From positions 29,264,001-29,328,000 of the forward strand of contig CM052840.1 in NCBI GenBank assembly GCA_028534125.1: a DNA stretch of 64,000 nt, written 5' to 3'. Below the pieces are notes generated by a model. It was given only the letters and a program-made list of their open reading frames with translations. It did no database searches and was not told the DNA's origin. Positions 22,641-35,094 of the stretch are shown one piece after another. The translations under genes were made by a program, and so were the position numbers. Source of the DNA: Lama glama (lineage: Eukaryota). Numbering within the stretch: position 1 is the first letter of the stretch; each line of letters opens with the position of its first letter.

Positions 22641-23879
22641 ATTGTTGGTCAGCTCGGGAGCCAGGAGCCCAGGCGGGGGCGGGGCAGGCAGAGCACTGAC
22701 CCCTCTCAAGGCCATGCTCCTGTTGAGCGGGGACAGAGCTGGTGGATGAGGGTGTCCTCAGGGGACATACCCACAGTTCCACGGGGGTGGGGGGCTCCGA
22801 GAGTGAGGCGGGCCTTGCTTGCAGCTGACTGCAGACGGTGGGGGCAGCGCCGAGGGGAGGCTCTGGCCTCTGGACCAGCAGATGTGGCTCTAACTGGGCT
22901 CCGGTCAGGTCACCTTTGGGAAGCTCCGTGCTGGAAGGCAGCCAGAGCAGGGTCTGGGAAGCTCTGGGGGTGAGGGGCACAGATTCCAGGCCGAGGGGCT
23001 GGGGTGGAGAATGAACTTGGGCCCCAGACACGGAGCCGCTGGGATCAGAGAGGGAGTCTGGGAGCCAGGACGAGTTCGCTGGAGTTCACTGCACGGGCTG
23101 ATTACGTTTATAGTTTGTGCAACAGCTTTCTTACAAAATCTTACTACGCACAAAAACGGAACAAATCATGCGCGTGGATTAACCCGCTTTTTGAAAGGGA
23201 AGAGCCCAGAGAACAGACCGACCAGTAGGTGAGCAGAAGCAGGTGCTGAGGGCGTGCAGCGCAGCGGCCGGGGAGGCCGACAGAGGCCCCAAGGGGCCTG
23301 CGACTCCGCCGCGGGGTCTGTGCTTCACCTGAGTCACTGCTGGGGAGCTGGCGGGGCGACCACGAGCTCATTTTAGGAAGAAGGTTCAGGCAGCCGCGGG
23401 GGCCTGGAAAGACTGCCGTGAAGCTAACAAAACGGGGCGGCAGGAGCGGGGATGGCAGAGGGGAGGGCAGATGGGGAACCAGGCAGGGCGCTCGGCTGGC
23501 CGTGGGGGCGGGGCCCTCGGGTGTCCGGTTGGCACCCGTGGACTGGTCCAGAGCTAGCGTCCCCTGCCAAGTTCTGAGCAGAGGTGAGGCGGGGGCTGGA
23601 GGCAGAGAGCAGAAGGAACAAAGAACTGAAAAGCAGCCACCCGCGCCTCAGTTTCCTGCCACAAACCAGCCTCCCCATCCAGGCCTGCACATTAGAGACT
23701 CGGCCAGTGGACCCCCAGCCTCGGGACAGGCGGCTCCGCCTCACACAGCAACACTCACCAGGGGCTTCTGGGCCTCCGTGTCCTCACCTGTGAAAGGGAG
23801 GTGAAGGTCGGCGCATGCCCTCAGCTCCGGACACACGACCGTGCGAAGCTCCCGGGGCCACAGAGGCTTCTCAGAAGGC

Positions 23880-24140
23880 CCTTCTCTCCCAAGCATCAGT
23901 GGAGCATTGCCTCCTCCAGGAAGCCTGCCCTGACCACCCTGCCTGCACGAGGAGCCCTCCCCAGCCCCTGTGCAACCCTCTTTCCCTGCACTTAACCCGC
24001 AAGGCTGACATCTGTTTACTCTTCTGGAGAAGCCTGAGTGTCGGCCCAGCCCTACTCCTGTCTTCCCACACAGCACCTGACACACAGCGCCTGACACACA
24101 GCAGGTGCTTGACCAATGCTCATGGAACAAACGACAGATG
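23880..24140 (+). mobile_element. L2 3'-end fragment with an internal 14-bp tandem repeat (24067-24103)
   Basis: gcctcctccaggaagcctgccctgaccaccc … cagcgcctgacacacagcaggtgcttgaccaatgct are L2 tail hallmarks. Confidence 0.65.
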
Positions 24141-25189
24141 GAAACACGGAGAGGAGGCTTCCGACCAGAGACAGTGCAGGAGATCGCCCCTCAGGGCTCA
24201 GGAGAGATCCTGCCTGTCCCCTGGGTCCTGGAATGAAGGCAGGGTGCCCATGGCTGGGGCCACAGGGGAAGGGCCAGCTCGGGAGCCGTCCTGTTCAAGT
24301 TCTTGGCACCTGGAGGGTCCAGGCACACTGCCCACCCTCCACCCTCCACCCCTCCCCAGGAAGGGGCAGACACAGCCTCTCTCTGACCTTGACTTAGGTG
24401 ACGACCCGCTCTCCCCTCCAACGATGAGCTCAGACGCACATAGAAACAGCAGCTGGGCAGCTGGGCCTTGTTGACATGAAACTGAGCCCCTTGGATGTCT
24501 CTGTGAGCTGTGACCACCCCGTGCCCAGGCCGGGGCCAGGAATGCTGGGGAAGCAGGTGCCAATGCAGACAGAGGGCCCTGCAGCGTCTGGGGAGCACCC
24601 AGCCTCCCTGCCCCCTCCTTCATCTGGGGAGCACCTCCGTCCAGGGAGCACCTCCCTCCGGGCCCCACATCTCACCCTCTCTGTCCACCCGTCCCCACCT
24701 GGTGATGACTTTGCAGGCTCCCTGGGGAGGATCTGGCCAGGAAGGGGCCCCTCCATCAGCGGTTCTACAAGACCCTGCCAGGGCGAGATGACCCCCCTGA
24801 AGCCCTGCACCCGCGCCAGGGCCAGGACCCACGGGGCCAAGGGCTGGGGGGCAGCTGCCAGGAAGCGGAGGGCCCCCCCCGTGTCCCTCCCAGTGCAGTC
24901 GTCCTGCCAAAGGTCTGCTCACACCTCCATCCACGTCTCTCTCCTTGTCAGAGGGGTTGCCTGTAGGAGGGTCCACACCCTCCACTGGCTCCCTGTGGGT
25001 CCAGCAGGGGACATGGTCCCATAGACACAGAACTGCACCCAATGGGAACCAGAAGGAGAGGTGGGAAACCAGCTGGGGTTTCCGGGTGAAATGGACCCTC
25101 CCAGCCTCATGGGCCGCGGAGACGGCATCAAGCCCCGCTAGACAGACCCATCTCTTCCCCGCCACGGGCCTGTCTCTGGCAATGCCTCC

Positions 25190-26693
25190 CGGGGACGTGA
25201 CCCACGTTTTCCATCGTGCTGCATTGTGCTGGGGAGCAAAGGCAGTGGCAGGTGGAACTTCTGGTGCCAGCATGGGAGTCGGGCCATGGCACCAGACTGT
25301 GCTGTAGCTGCGTTCTGCCCACTGCTCACTTTAGGGGGAAAAGCCAGTTTTCCTAAGAGTGTCTTTGATGAAGCGGAAGAAAGGGCCAAGTGTTCTCCAT
25401 TGAACCATCCGTGTACAGGGAGCACGTCTGCTGTGCGCCTGCAGGTGTAAGTACAAGGGAACACGGCATCCCAGCTGCCACATCCCTGGTGTGGCATTCT
25501 CACTTGACTGAAAAACTACAGTGGGTAGGATTGAACATTGGTAAATATTTTCTCAGAAATGAACTAAGTAGATCTGTCACCTCAAAGAAAACAGCTGAGC
25601 GTATTTGCTGCCAATTATAAAAGTCAAGCTTTCAAAAGAAAATTCAAATCTTGGAAAATTTGCATCTGCCATCATGAGCTTGACAGCTTCCCAAATAGGT
25701 AGCCTTTCCGGATAAGCCCGGCGGCAATATTAAAGAATGTAGCTCTTAAAAATCATTGACTAGTGCATAAAATGTGTTAACACAGCATATTTTCCGAAGG
25801 ACCAATGCGTCCTATTACAGAACCACAGAGGAGTGAATGAGTGAGACACCCACTCAAAGTGCAACGTAAATGTGGATTTTAATGTAACTTCAATGAAAAA
25901 TGAAAACTTCATTGATACGGTTTAAGGTTCCACATTGTAACTAACCTTCAAGAAACCTCCACCTGCTGAATTTTGATACAGTAACCCCGGAAGAGTATCC
26001 ACAATTCTCTGAAAAAACTGTAAAACACTTCTCTCTTGGGGGGAGGGTGTAGCGCAGTGGTAGCGAGCATGCTTTGCAGGCATGAGGTCTGAGTTTCAAT
26101 CCCTAGTGCCTCCATTAAAAAATAAGAATAAGAAGGAAAGAAAACTAATTACCTCCCTCCCCCAAAAACAAAACAAAAATAAGTAAATAAATAAAATTTT
26201 AAAAATACTTCTCTCTTTTCCAACTACTTATCGACGTAAGGCTGGATGTTTTTTATGAACCTCAGCGCGACGTAACGTAACAGCAGACTGGCCGCAGAAG
26301 CAGGTGAGAACCTAGCTGTCTTCTGGCAACCAGGCACCAGAGGGGTTTGCCAAAGTGTGAAACACTGACTTTCTTCTTATTAGATATTTACGTCTTATAA
26401 CTTTACTATTAAACTTTTAATTTATAATCAGTAATGATAATTCATTTTATTGGTATGGACACATCTTTGTTATTTATAGCATATTTACAGAAGCACTTTG
26501 TTTATGCTACATAGTCTGATTACGTAAACCTATCTGGGCTTCCATAATAAGATGTAAGATGGACTTCTAATTATTAAGTAAGTTAATCAATATTTGAAAG
26601 GTTTTCCGCTTCGAGCTCTGACGCGGGAGTATTGGCAATCGGGACCAGCAGACGAAGGGCCTGAGAGTCCTCGGTGAAGTGTGAGAACCACTG
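25190..26693 (+). mobile_element. Charlie1-type hAT DNA transposon relic (disrupted transposase C-terminus), interrupted by a SINE
   Basis: AT-rich island with remnants of the hAT dimerisation domain (EEYPQFSEK…FPTTY); terminus …gtgagaaccactg at 26693; 5' boundary approximate. Confidence 0.8.
26038..26201 (+). mobile_element. tRNA-derived SINE (camelid Vic-1-like) with 16-bp TSD
   Basis: A-box TAGCGCAGTGG (26050-26060), B-box-like GTTTCAATCC (26093-26102), A-rich tail with ctaattacctcc; TSD aaaa(c/t)acttctctctt at 26022-26037 and 26202-26217. Confidence 0.9.
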
Positions 26694-26819
26694 TCCTGCT
26701 TTCAGTAGATTATTGCTGTTACCCTGATTCACTTATTTTGTCTATAAAGTGGGGTTTTAAAAAGCAGAAAGGATCGAGGAAAAACGAAGCGTGGTTTCGA
26801 ATCCTGTCAAATGCCCCTG

Positions 26820-27360
26820 GAAACAGGCATGACCGGGGGAGTCTCACCATCGACGCTGCCGAGCGTGGATCGGCCACGGCTGAGCGGGGACCTCGTGGTT
26901 TCGCGGCTTCGCCCAGCGTCCCTGAAAGGACGAGTGAGGGAGGCCTCCGCGAGGAGCTGCGTGACGCTGCGGTGTTCGGCTCAGTCCTTGCGTGTCCGCG
27001 GTGAGGAATCTGCCCAAGTCCCCGTGCCGGGGCCGGAGGCGAAGTTCCCCTTCCGGCCGGCAGAGGGCGCGCCGGGGCGGGCGCGAGCGCCTGTGTGACC
27101 GCGAGGCTCCCGAGCACCCGGCGAGCGCGCACTAGGGGCCGCTGCGCCCCTTCCCTGCGCTCACCCCGCCCCCGGCCCCCGCTGCGCTGGCGCAGTCACG
27201 TGTCCCGAGCCCCGTCCCACATCCATCACCCGCGGAGCCTTCCCGGGACAGGTGCGGCCCGCACAGGTGACGCGGGCCAAGCCCGCGCTGAAGCTGGGAG
27301 GGCGGGCGACACAGCCTGACTGTCAGAGGGCCCGCAGGGCAGTCACGCGACCCGTGTGGC
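26820..27360. promoter_or_regulatory. Orphan CpG island with CTCF-like motifs, GC boxes and a GTCACGTG E-box
   Basis: Dense CpG. CCGGCAGAGGGCGC (27057-27070), GCACTAGGGGCCGC (27129-27142), GTCACGTG (27195-27202); no associated CDS. Confidence 0.7.
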
Positions 27361-27418
27361 TGCTTTCAAAGTGGCTTCCCTTAAAGGGAGGGTCCCTGCG
27401 TCTAAAAGTCCCCCTGGT

Positions 27419-27560
27419 TAAGGGGCTCTTTACTTTTGGAGGGCTCAGCACTTCCTTCGAAACCTCCCCAAATCCGTAACGTTCTCACGCATCGTTTGGA
27501 AGCCACCCGCTGTCACAGGGGCTCCGCGACCCCCTGAAGCCATTCAAGGACCCACGTGGG
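27419..27560. mobile_element. MER117-like hAT MITE fragment
   Basis: …caggggctccgcgaccccctgaagccattcaaggaccc resembles MER117. Confidence 0.45.
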
Positions 27561-28544
27561 GGTGTGTGCGTAACTGTGTCCGACGACGTGCAGTCCTTCT
27601 GGGGAGGGGGCCCCGTGTCCCCCGCTCCTCTCTGGGGTGACCCAGGTGACGCTGAGGAAAGGCTGCAGGGGAAGGTGCAGACACTACAGGGCGGAGCTGG
27701 GCAGGCCATGCGGGGCGCTTCCTGACTCCCAGGAGGCGAAGGTATGAAGAACCCCCTCCTACACTAGGGGTGTCAAGGTTTCCAGGGAGACTCGTGGGGG
27801 CCCGGGCGCCTCAGCAGTTCACAGCCTGTGACAAAGTCGTATTCATTCTCACCAGCACCTCCCTCCGTGGACAGTCACTTCCCAGCAACTCAGGGGGTCT
27901 CCCCTGGGTGACGCACACTTGCTGCACCTCACCTGTTATCCTCTCCCTGACCTCGGGAAATGCGAATTCTTCACAATTCAGACTAAAATCAAGGCAGACA
28001 GGGAGCCTCTGCCTCCTGCTCTGTTGTCCACGTGAACACAGGAAAACTCCCCAGTTGTAATAATACACATAAGTAACACGTGTGTTTTCTTGTTTTGCTG
28101 ACAAGGTGTGATGAATTCTCTGAGCGGGGACTCAAGGGAACCCCTGATCTAGGATTTTTAGAAAGTATGGGAGTTCATCTGGCAACCAAGGAGAAAGGGC
28201 ATCACAGACCCAAGATGGTCTGAGCACGGCTCAGTGGCAGGAAAGCCCGCGACAGGTGGGGGAACTACAGGCAGTTTGCTCTTGCTAGAGCGTGAAGGAC
28301 TAGCTGGGGACAAGCCGGAGCTGGCGAGCTGGGACTGCATGCAGGGTGATGACACGTCACAAAGCCTGCTCTGCACGCCAGGTGCCAAGCAGCTGGAACC
28401 CCATGCATTTAACAGAGGTCCGTTAAAGGGCTGTAAACCAGGGCAACACAGTGAGAGTCAAATTTTAGAAAGTTCATGCCGCCTGCAGAAGAAAGGCCAG
28501 ATCAGAGGGTGGAAGAGTTGGAGACCAAGGGGTCAGGTCAGAGG

Positions 28545-28577
<33 letters not shown>

Positions 28578-28721
28578 AATAACAACAACAATAACCAAAT
28601 ATGACAAGATCTAAATATGATGTGAATAACACAAAAATACAACAGTATAATAATAATAATAATAAAAAATAAGGGTGACTGCCGAGGAGGACCTGAATTA
28701 AGGCAGCAGCAGCAGCAGCAG
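28545..28721. repeat. Cluster of trinucleotide repeats: (CAT)n-(AAT)-(AAC)n, (TAA)n, (GCA)n
   Basis: Visible at ~28545-28595, ~28647-28665 and ~28703-28721. Confidence 0.92.
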
Positions 28722-28736
28722 CCTGGAACAGAGGAC

Positions 28737-29147
28737 ACTCAACCGAAGAAAAACACACAACCTGAAAGTTTCTAGTTAAGTTTTGTTAGGGGAACTCACT
28801 AAGGACTGTAGCCCAGGAGGCAGCCTCTCAGAGCCTCTGAGGAGCTGCTCGGAAGAGACGGGGAGGAGCCAGGATATACAGGAAGTTTTGTTGGAAAAAA
28901 AACTCACAGTCGAACATCAAAGGCTTCCTGAAGGTTTTATTGTTTTTCTGTGTAGGGAAGACGCCAGGGTCTGTGCAGTGGAAGTTACTCCTTAGATCTG
29001 CATCATAGCGGTCTGGGGCCGCATCCTGCTTTTCAGCACCCTGAGTCCCCCCAGGGCGCCCTGGAGGGACAGCTGCAGTGGCTAATGGCTTGATGGCTGC
29101 AATAGTCCTTGTCTCTCCGAATGGCAGGCAACGTCTTCTTGTGGGCA
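28737..29147 (-). mobile_element. MER41-like (cetartiodactyl ERV1) solo LTR
   Basis: Resembles the recalled artiodactyl MER41-type LTR (aaaaacacacaacctgaaagtt…gcagcctctcagagcctctgagg…gggaggagccaggatataca…gctgcagtggctaatggcttgatggctgcaa); possible TSD ggac/agac. Confidence 0.7.
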
Positions 29148-29199
29148 AGACATGCCACAGACAATCAGGGGACTGGTCTTCAGCACTAGTTGGGGGGGC

Positions 29200-29640
29200 G
29201 TGGGGGGCAGTGTCCGGGAGGGGGACAGGGAAAGAATCTAGAATAATTTTCTGGCTTAGTCACCAGGGTGGATGTGGTGCCTTAAACTGAAAGCAGAAGA
29301 AAGTCTCAGAGGAGGGGCTGGTTTGGGATGAAACCAGCCAGTTCCATGTTAGACAGACAAACCTGAGATGCTCAGGGGCAGATCGGTGACCCAGCCAGTA
29401 GCTGCTGGGCTGGGCATTCCAGTACCCAGCTCGGGGGAGATTGTGCCTGGAAAGGCAGACTGGGAGTCATCAGCCCCACAGCGTTGAGAAGTCAGGCAAG
29501 GTGTGGGGACAGAAGGGAGTGGGGAGGAGAAGGTGGGGATGAAACCCCAGGGGGTGGACATGTGAAGGGGGCCGGGGAGAGATGCAGAGGAGGAGAAGAG
29601 ACCAGAAGAATGTCCTAGGAGGAAGGGATCAGAGTCAGGG
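29200..29640 (-). mobile_element. L2 LINE fragment
   Basis: Purine-rich L2 antisense pattern (…gcagactgggagtcatcagcc…). Confidence 0.55.
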
Positions 29641-29899
29641 AAGGAGGGTGCACAGCGCAACAGGTAGCAGGCGCAGCTGAGGACACGGCATCACACTGGG
29701 GGACGTCGTCCTCAACAAGAGGACGGAGCAAAGTTCACAGACAGAGGGTAGGACGTACCCCCCCCAACTTCTGCTCCAGGGACTCTGGTAGCCAGGCTCG
29801 TACATCCTGGTGGGAGACTGTGGGCTCTGATCCAGAAAAACTGACACCTCTCAGGTGAGGCCGCTGGAGGTAGACCGCGGGACCCCAGCCCCACCCGCG

Positions 29900-31400
29900 C
29901 ACAGAGCTTCCAGTCAGCCTTGGAGAGCCTCCAATTCATATGTGTAAGTGGACGTTGACTGGTCACCAGACAGCGGAGGAAAACACCTAAATTGATAGAA
30001 CTAAAACATTAAAAAGTAACCTGGAGAAAACACAAAATGCAAGGAACAGAGTGAAACCTCAAAAACTATGATTGAGAGAGAGAGAGATGCGCCCGTGAGA
30101 CGGGAAAATGCACAAAAAGGAAAAGGAACATGTGTAACATAAAAAGAGCGCTTAGGACTAGAAACACGACAGCAACAGCACAGCATCCCGCAGAAGGGCT
30201 GGATGGGGAGGTTGAAGAAATCTTCCAGAAAATACAAAAAAAAAAAAAAAAAGATGGGGCATTGCTCAGGAAGGATGAGAGGATGAAAGGATGGCCCAGG
30301 GGTCCAGTATCTTACCACCTGGAGCTCTGGCAAGATCAGAGATGCCAGAAGGAGCCGGTTATCAGAGACGCTGAAGCTGCACCTCCCAGAAACGCAGGGG
30401 TGGGCTCACCCAGCAACCGCTCCGCTGGGACCCAAAGCCCGAGGCCCTGGGGACAAGCTTCCAGAGAGGAAGAGCTCACACACAGAAGCCTGAAAGGTTA
30501 CGTAGCCACAGCCTCTCATAGCACCGCCGGAAACCAGAACACAGCAGGAAAATGCCTCCAAAACTCCCCGGGACTGAGACGGGAAGGAGGGGCAGGGGGC
30601 AGCCGTCAGCACCAGGGCGGCCAGAGGTCCAGCTCCCAGTGGGTCTTGGGGCCCAAGACGGTGGGCGGGAGGGTGGACTTCCAGGAGACCTGCGCCTCAC
30701 TGTACACTCACTGTGGCAGATTAGCTTGGTAAATGGCACCCCACAGATGCCATGACAGTCACTCCCACAGGTGACATCGACAGTTTCGAGGCTGATCATG
30801 AAAGGTCAAAAAGTCGGGGATGGCCCAGATCCTGGGAACCCCCGCCCCTTCCCCAGAGAAGTTGGAATAGTGCCCCACTTGTTAGCGTATGAAGTCCCCC
30901 AGCCCACAGAAGCTACCAGCCCCGCCCCTCCTGGCCGCTCCCCCTCTGAGTGGGACACTAGGGAGTGTGTGTCTCTGAATGAATCTACCTTCACTCGCCT
31001 GAAGCTCGCCTTTGAATTCTTCCCAGTGAGAAGCCAGGGACCCCCACTTCGTGGGGTGCTTCCCAGCGACCTGACCGAGACCAGGGACACGGCCATCCTC
31101 TCGCCCCACATTTTCCCTGGATCAGGACAATGATTTGAACTCGATGCCCCACCAGACCATCAACAACCGAGAAGGTGGAGGAAAGATGCTTTTCAGTCTC
31201 TGAAGCGTCAGGATTCCCATGTGCCTTTTCTCAAGAATCTGTTGGAGGTTGCGCTTCCCCAGACCGAAGGAGCAGCCCACAGAGAGGGGCCGAGCACCGG
31301 GAACGGGGAGCGCTAGGATGGGGGTGAGGGAGGCACCCAGACGACCAGCGCCGAGGCTGAGGCCCAGCGTGACTGGCACAGGTTGGGGGCAGAGGTCATG
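29900..31400 (+). mobile_element. HAL1/L1M ORF1-region relic split by a solo LTR
   Basis: A-rich ORF1-like remnants (gttgaagaaatcttccagaaaa…; tctcaagaatctgttggaggttgcgcttcc) on both sides of the LTR. Confidence 0.5.
30575..31124 (+). mobile_element. Solo ERV1-type LTR, copy A (550 bp, TG…CA, TSD GGAC)
   Basis: Starts TGAGACGGGAAGGAGGGG and ends …GGATCA; flanked by GGAC at 30571-30574 and 31125-31128; homologous to 53490-54018. Confidence 0.88.
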
Positions 31401-34400
31401 GAAGAAACGGGAAAGAAACGAGGGGAGGGAGGGAGGGCCTAGATGCCCCTGTGGGTGGGGGTACTGAGCTCCCTCTGCCGCCGGCAAAACGGGGTCTCCT
31501 TGAGTCGTGGACACAGGCCACCAAGAAGCACAAACCGGGCAAAACTTAGCGTCAGGGAAAATCAAACTGCTGTTAAACTGGGGCAGCGATCATAGCGCAC
31601 TGCCTGGCTTGGCTGTGAAAAGTACTTACACAGATTATGTGAGTACTTCCAACTTAACCAAAACGAGTTCAAACTAAACTCACAGAGAGGACGTGGCAGG
31701 GGCAGCCGGGTGCGAGGTGGGGGGTGCGCCACGCATCTCGGGAGGAAGGTCTCCTTGGTGACAGTGGTGCGGGCGGCTCAGAGCCCCCCGGACTACAGGC
31801 CGAAGGAGGCAGAGTCAGTCGGGGTGACCTGGGCGAGCTGTGGGCACCCCCACCCCCGGGGGCAGACACAGGCCTGGGGGGAGGCTCAGGCGTTGTCTGG
31901 GCTGCTGCGCCAGTTTCCTCAAGGACCTCTGTGCCTTGGATCTCACTGAAGTCAGGGAGCTCTTGTCCTCGCCGTCTCCGGAGCACAGACGTTTCCGCAG
32001 GGAGAGCCTGCTGGTGCTGAGCGGTGGATTGACTTGGGGATGACAAATACAGTTTAGCAAGTGGGCTGACTTGCGAATATGGATTCCACGAATAATGAGG
32101 AGTGATTGTTTTTAAGCCCATTTTACCGAGCGAGAAACCGAGGCTCATCAGGGGGAAGAGCGGCCCCTGAAGGGCGAGGGGCGGAGCCCGGATTCAAACC
32201 CCTCCCATGCTGCGGGACCGTGTGCAGGACTGTGTGTGTGCCGTCCCCAGGCCAGCTCGTGTACCGCGGAGGCCCAGAGAGGGGGCTGAGTCACCCAAGG
32301 CCACACACGTCAGGAGCCGTTCGAGGCTGAACTCCGGCCCTGGACCCTTGGACTGTCCTTGGACTGCTGGACAGCAGCGTCCTTCTTTCGTGACATGCCT
32401 GACCCCCTGCTCTGTGTGTTGTCCCCACACAACCTCCCTCCAGCTCCACCCGGATCCGGGAACGCGATGGGGAGTGGTGGCGGGGTGGGAAGCTGCCGTC
32501 AGGCCGCGGCACAGCCCAGCTCGGGCACCCCAATGGGTGTGTGCAGACTGGGACACCAGGGGGCGCCCCTTCCTCCTCCCACCCCGATGCCCCACCCCCA
32601 CAGCCTCAGTGGCCCAGGACAAGGAGGACAATGAGGTGATTGATGCAGTGCGCCCTGAAAGGCAGATTGTTCCGACGAAGTGCATTCCAGGCTCCCGCCA
32701 AACGCCCAGAGTGTGGAATTTTCAAGGAAAGGCTGAGTAAATCTGTGCTGCCCCGCTGGGACCCTGCGCCCCCTCCCTGGGGCATTGCAGGCTCTGCCTG
32801 GGCCCCCAGACACCTGACGGGGTAGGGGCAGCGGTGGAAGCGGATGGAAGGTGGGTGGATGGATGGGAGGGGGGACCCCACCCAACCCCACCCTTCAGAT
32901 GGCCCCGTGCCCCAGGTACACTCAGACTCCCACCCCATCCTGTCCCCACGCCCGCGTTACCGTGAATCCTGGAGCCTCCACTTACTCGGGGGTGGCCTCA
33001 GGTGGAGCCTCCCACCTGCTGGACTCTGTTTCCCCACTTGCAAAGTGGGACTAGTCATCCATCTGCCTTGTGCCCAAGGGCTGCTGTGCGCTGTGAGCTC
33101 TGGGCGGCTCAGCATCCCTGCTCCTTTCTCGTCAAAGAGGGCCCACTGGAGCTGCACCAGGACCCTCGCCCGCTCCGGCTCCAGGAACCCGGGGCTCCCA
33201 GAGACCTCCAGGTGACCCAGCCCCGCCCCCTGCCCCCCCCGCATCTGAACTTCCAACCACCCCCCAAGGCCAGGGGAGGAGGAGCGGGATTTGCGTGCAG
33301 GGTGCACAAGGGCTCCTTGTCCTGCTGGGCATTGCCTGTCCTGTGCCCAGGAGGGTCGTTCTGGGACTGTTGTCTTCTGTTGTGGCTCGGGGAGGGCAGA
33401 CCAGGGCCGTGGGGCCAGGCCGAGTGGCCACTCATGGCTGGATCACACCCCGGACACCCCACCAAGTGCTGTGACGAGGTTTCATCTCAGGGCCTCCCAC
33501 CCACCAGGGCCCAGCCGGCCCCCGGGGCGGCACGCACTGCTGCCCCTCGGGAAACCCCTGCCCCTGTGCTTCTGGAAGACCTCCACTCCCACCCTCGGTC
33601 TCACAGCCTCTGTCCACCCGTGTCCCTCTGCTGTTTTATTAACTGAATTATTCCCAGCTCTGACCATGCGCCCAGCAGAGTCCAGGCCCACATTAGCCAC
33701 GACTGACGTAATTACAGCCCAGTCACCACCCTCAGCCACCCAGGCAGGGACGTGCAGCTCCCAAACCCTGACCCCAGGCCCATCTCAGTGTTTGCTTCCT
33801 GCCCCTCCGGGCGGCCAGCTTCTCCAGGCTCCGTCAGTATCTTCTCGCTGCTCCACCCCAGCCAATTCTCAGCCCACAGATCCGGGTTCTGATCCAACAC
33901 AAGGCAAGCGCTGTGTGATTTTGAGCAAATTACCAAATGTCTCTGGATTCTCAGTCTCTTTATCCACAAAGTGAGAGAGGATCCGCTCTGCTCCAGGAGG
34001 TGGCGAAGATCAAATGAGCTGGTTGTTTTCAAAGCCCCAAGAAACATTATCTCCAGGCCATGCAGCGGAGACCATCACTCTGGGTAACGAGCTGGTGGGC
34101 GGCCTTCCCACCCACCTGGAGGTGAGCGTGTCCTCTCCCAGCTCCCTGGAGACGCTACTAACAGTCACCTCTGAGTGTGTAGCATCCCAGCTTCACGAGG
34201 CATTTTCTCACCCTTCAAACCATCGCAACTGTCCCAGTGGACTCGGCGTCAGAAGGGAAGGGAAACCCGTTTTGGACAGGGGGATCTTTCAGCGTCGTCG
34301 GGTCGCTCACCCAGAACTTGCCATCTGCCAAAGACAGACAAAGCCCTGCTCCCCGCAGGCACCGCCTGGGGAGGAGGCGGCTGAGTAAACAGACTGCAGG

Positions 34401-35094
34401 GCCCCGCCCGGGGGCTGTGATGGGCCTCCCAGCTGGTCCAGGGCTCCCCGGGGCCTGGCGTCCTTCAGGTCTGGACAAAGGCCCCTTGGGTGCTGGTGAT
34501 GAAGGGTGAGGAGGCTCATGTGCCCCCGGCAACACCCTTCCGCCTGGGTCCTCGCCAGCCACACCCAGCCCCTTCCGGGCTTCTGAAGTTCCCCAGTGAA
34601 CAGCGCTGGGGCCGACCGCCGGCATCACAGCCAAGGCAGAGGCTCGGGCCCAGGGAGCAGTCAGCAGGCCCAGGAGGGGCTAGGTCCACAAGATGTGCCC
34701 TGGCCCCAGCCGTTCCCGTGGGCGTGGGCAGGACGGGGACGTACGGCCACCCCCATGGAGGGACGCCGCACCCAGGCCCGCTGCTGGGGAGATGTTGCTC
34801 TCGGAGAGAAAGAGAGCCCGGCTCTGAGGCCAGACGCCCCGACACAGCCCAGACCTCCCAGGCAGGTGCCTGGGTGGGTGGGGGGGAGGAGGCCGAAGCC
34901 AGGGACAGACATGCGCTGCCAAGGTGGGCAAGGCGGAGCTGGCCCGGCCTGTCCTGGACTACCCCCCGGCCCCGTGCAGGGACAGCCCTTCGCAGCTGGG
35001 AGGTTGGTCTGGGAGTTCAGACTCCAGGCTTCACTGGCCGGGTGAGAGTACAGATTTGGGCCGCTCTGTGCCCCCATTTCTCCGCTTCCGGGCT

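Noticed and set aside
26038-26112. tRNA-like sequence with A and B boxes
   Set aside because: Followed by an A-rich tail and flanked by a 16-bp TSD, so it is a SINE head and not a tRNA gene
25190-26693. Possible domesticated hAT transposase gene
   Set aside because: Many stops and frameshifts plus a SINE insertion; the longest ORFs are under 80 aa
28737-29147. Interferon-inducible MER41-type enhancer
   Set aside because: No intact TTCNNNGAA GAS motif seen in this copy
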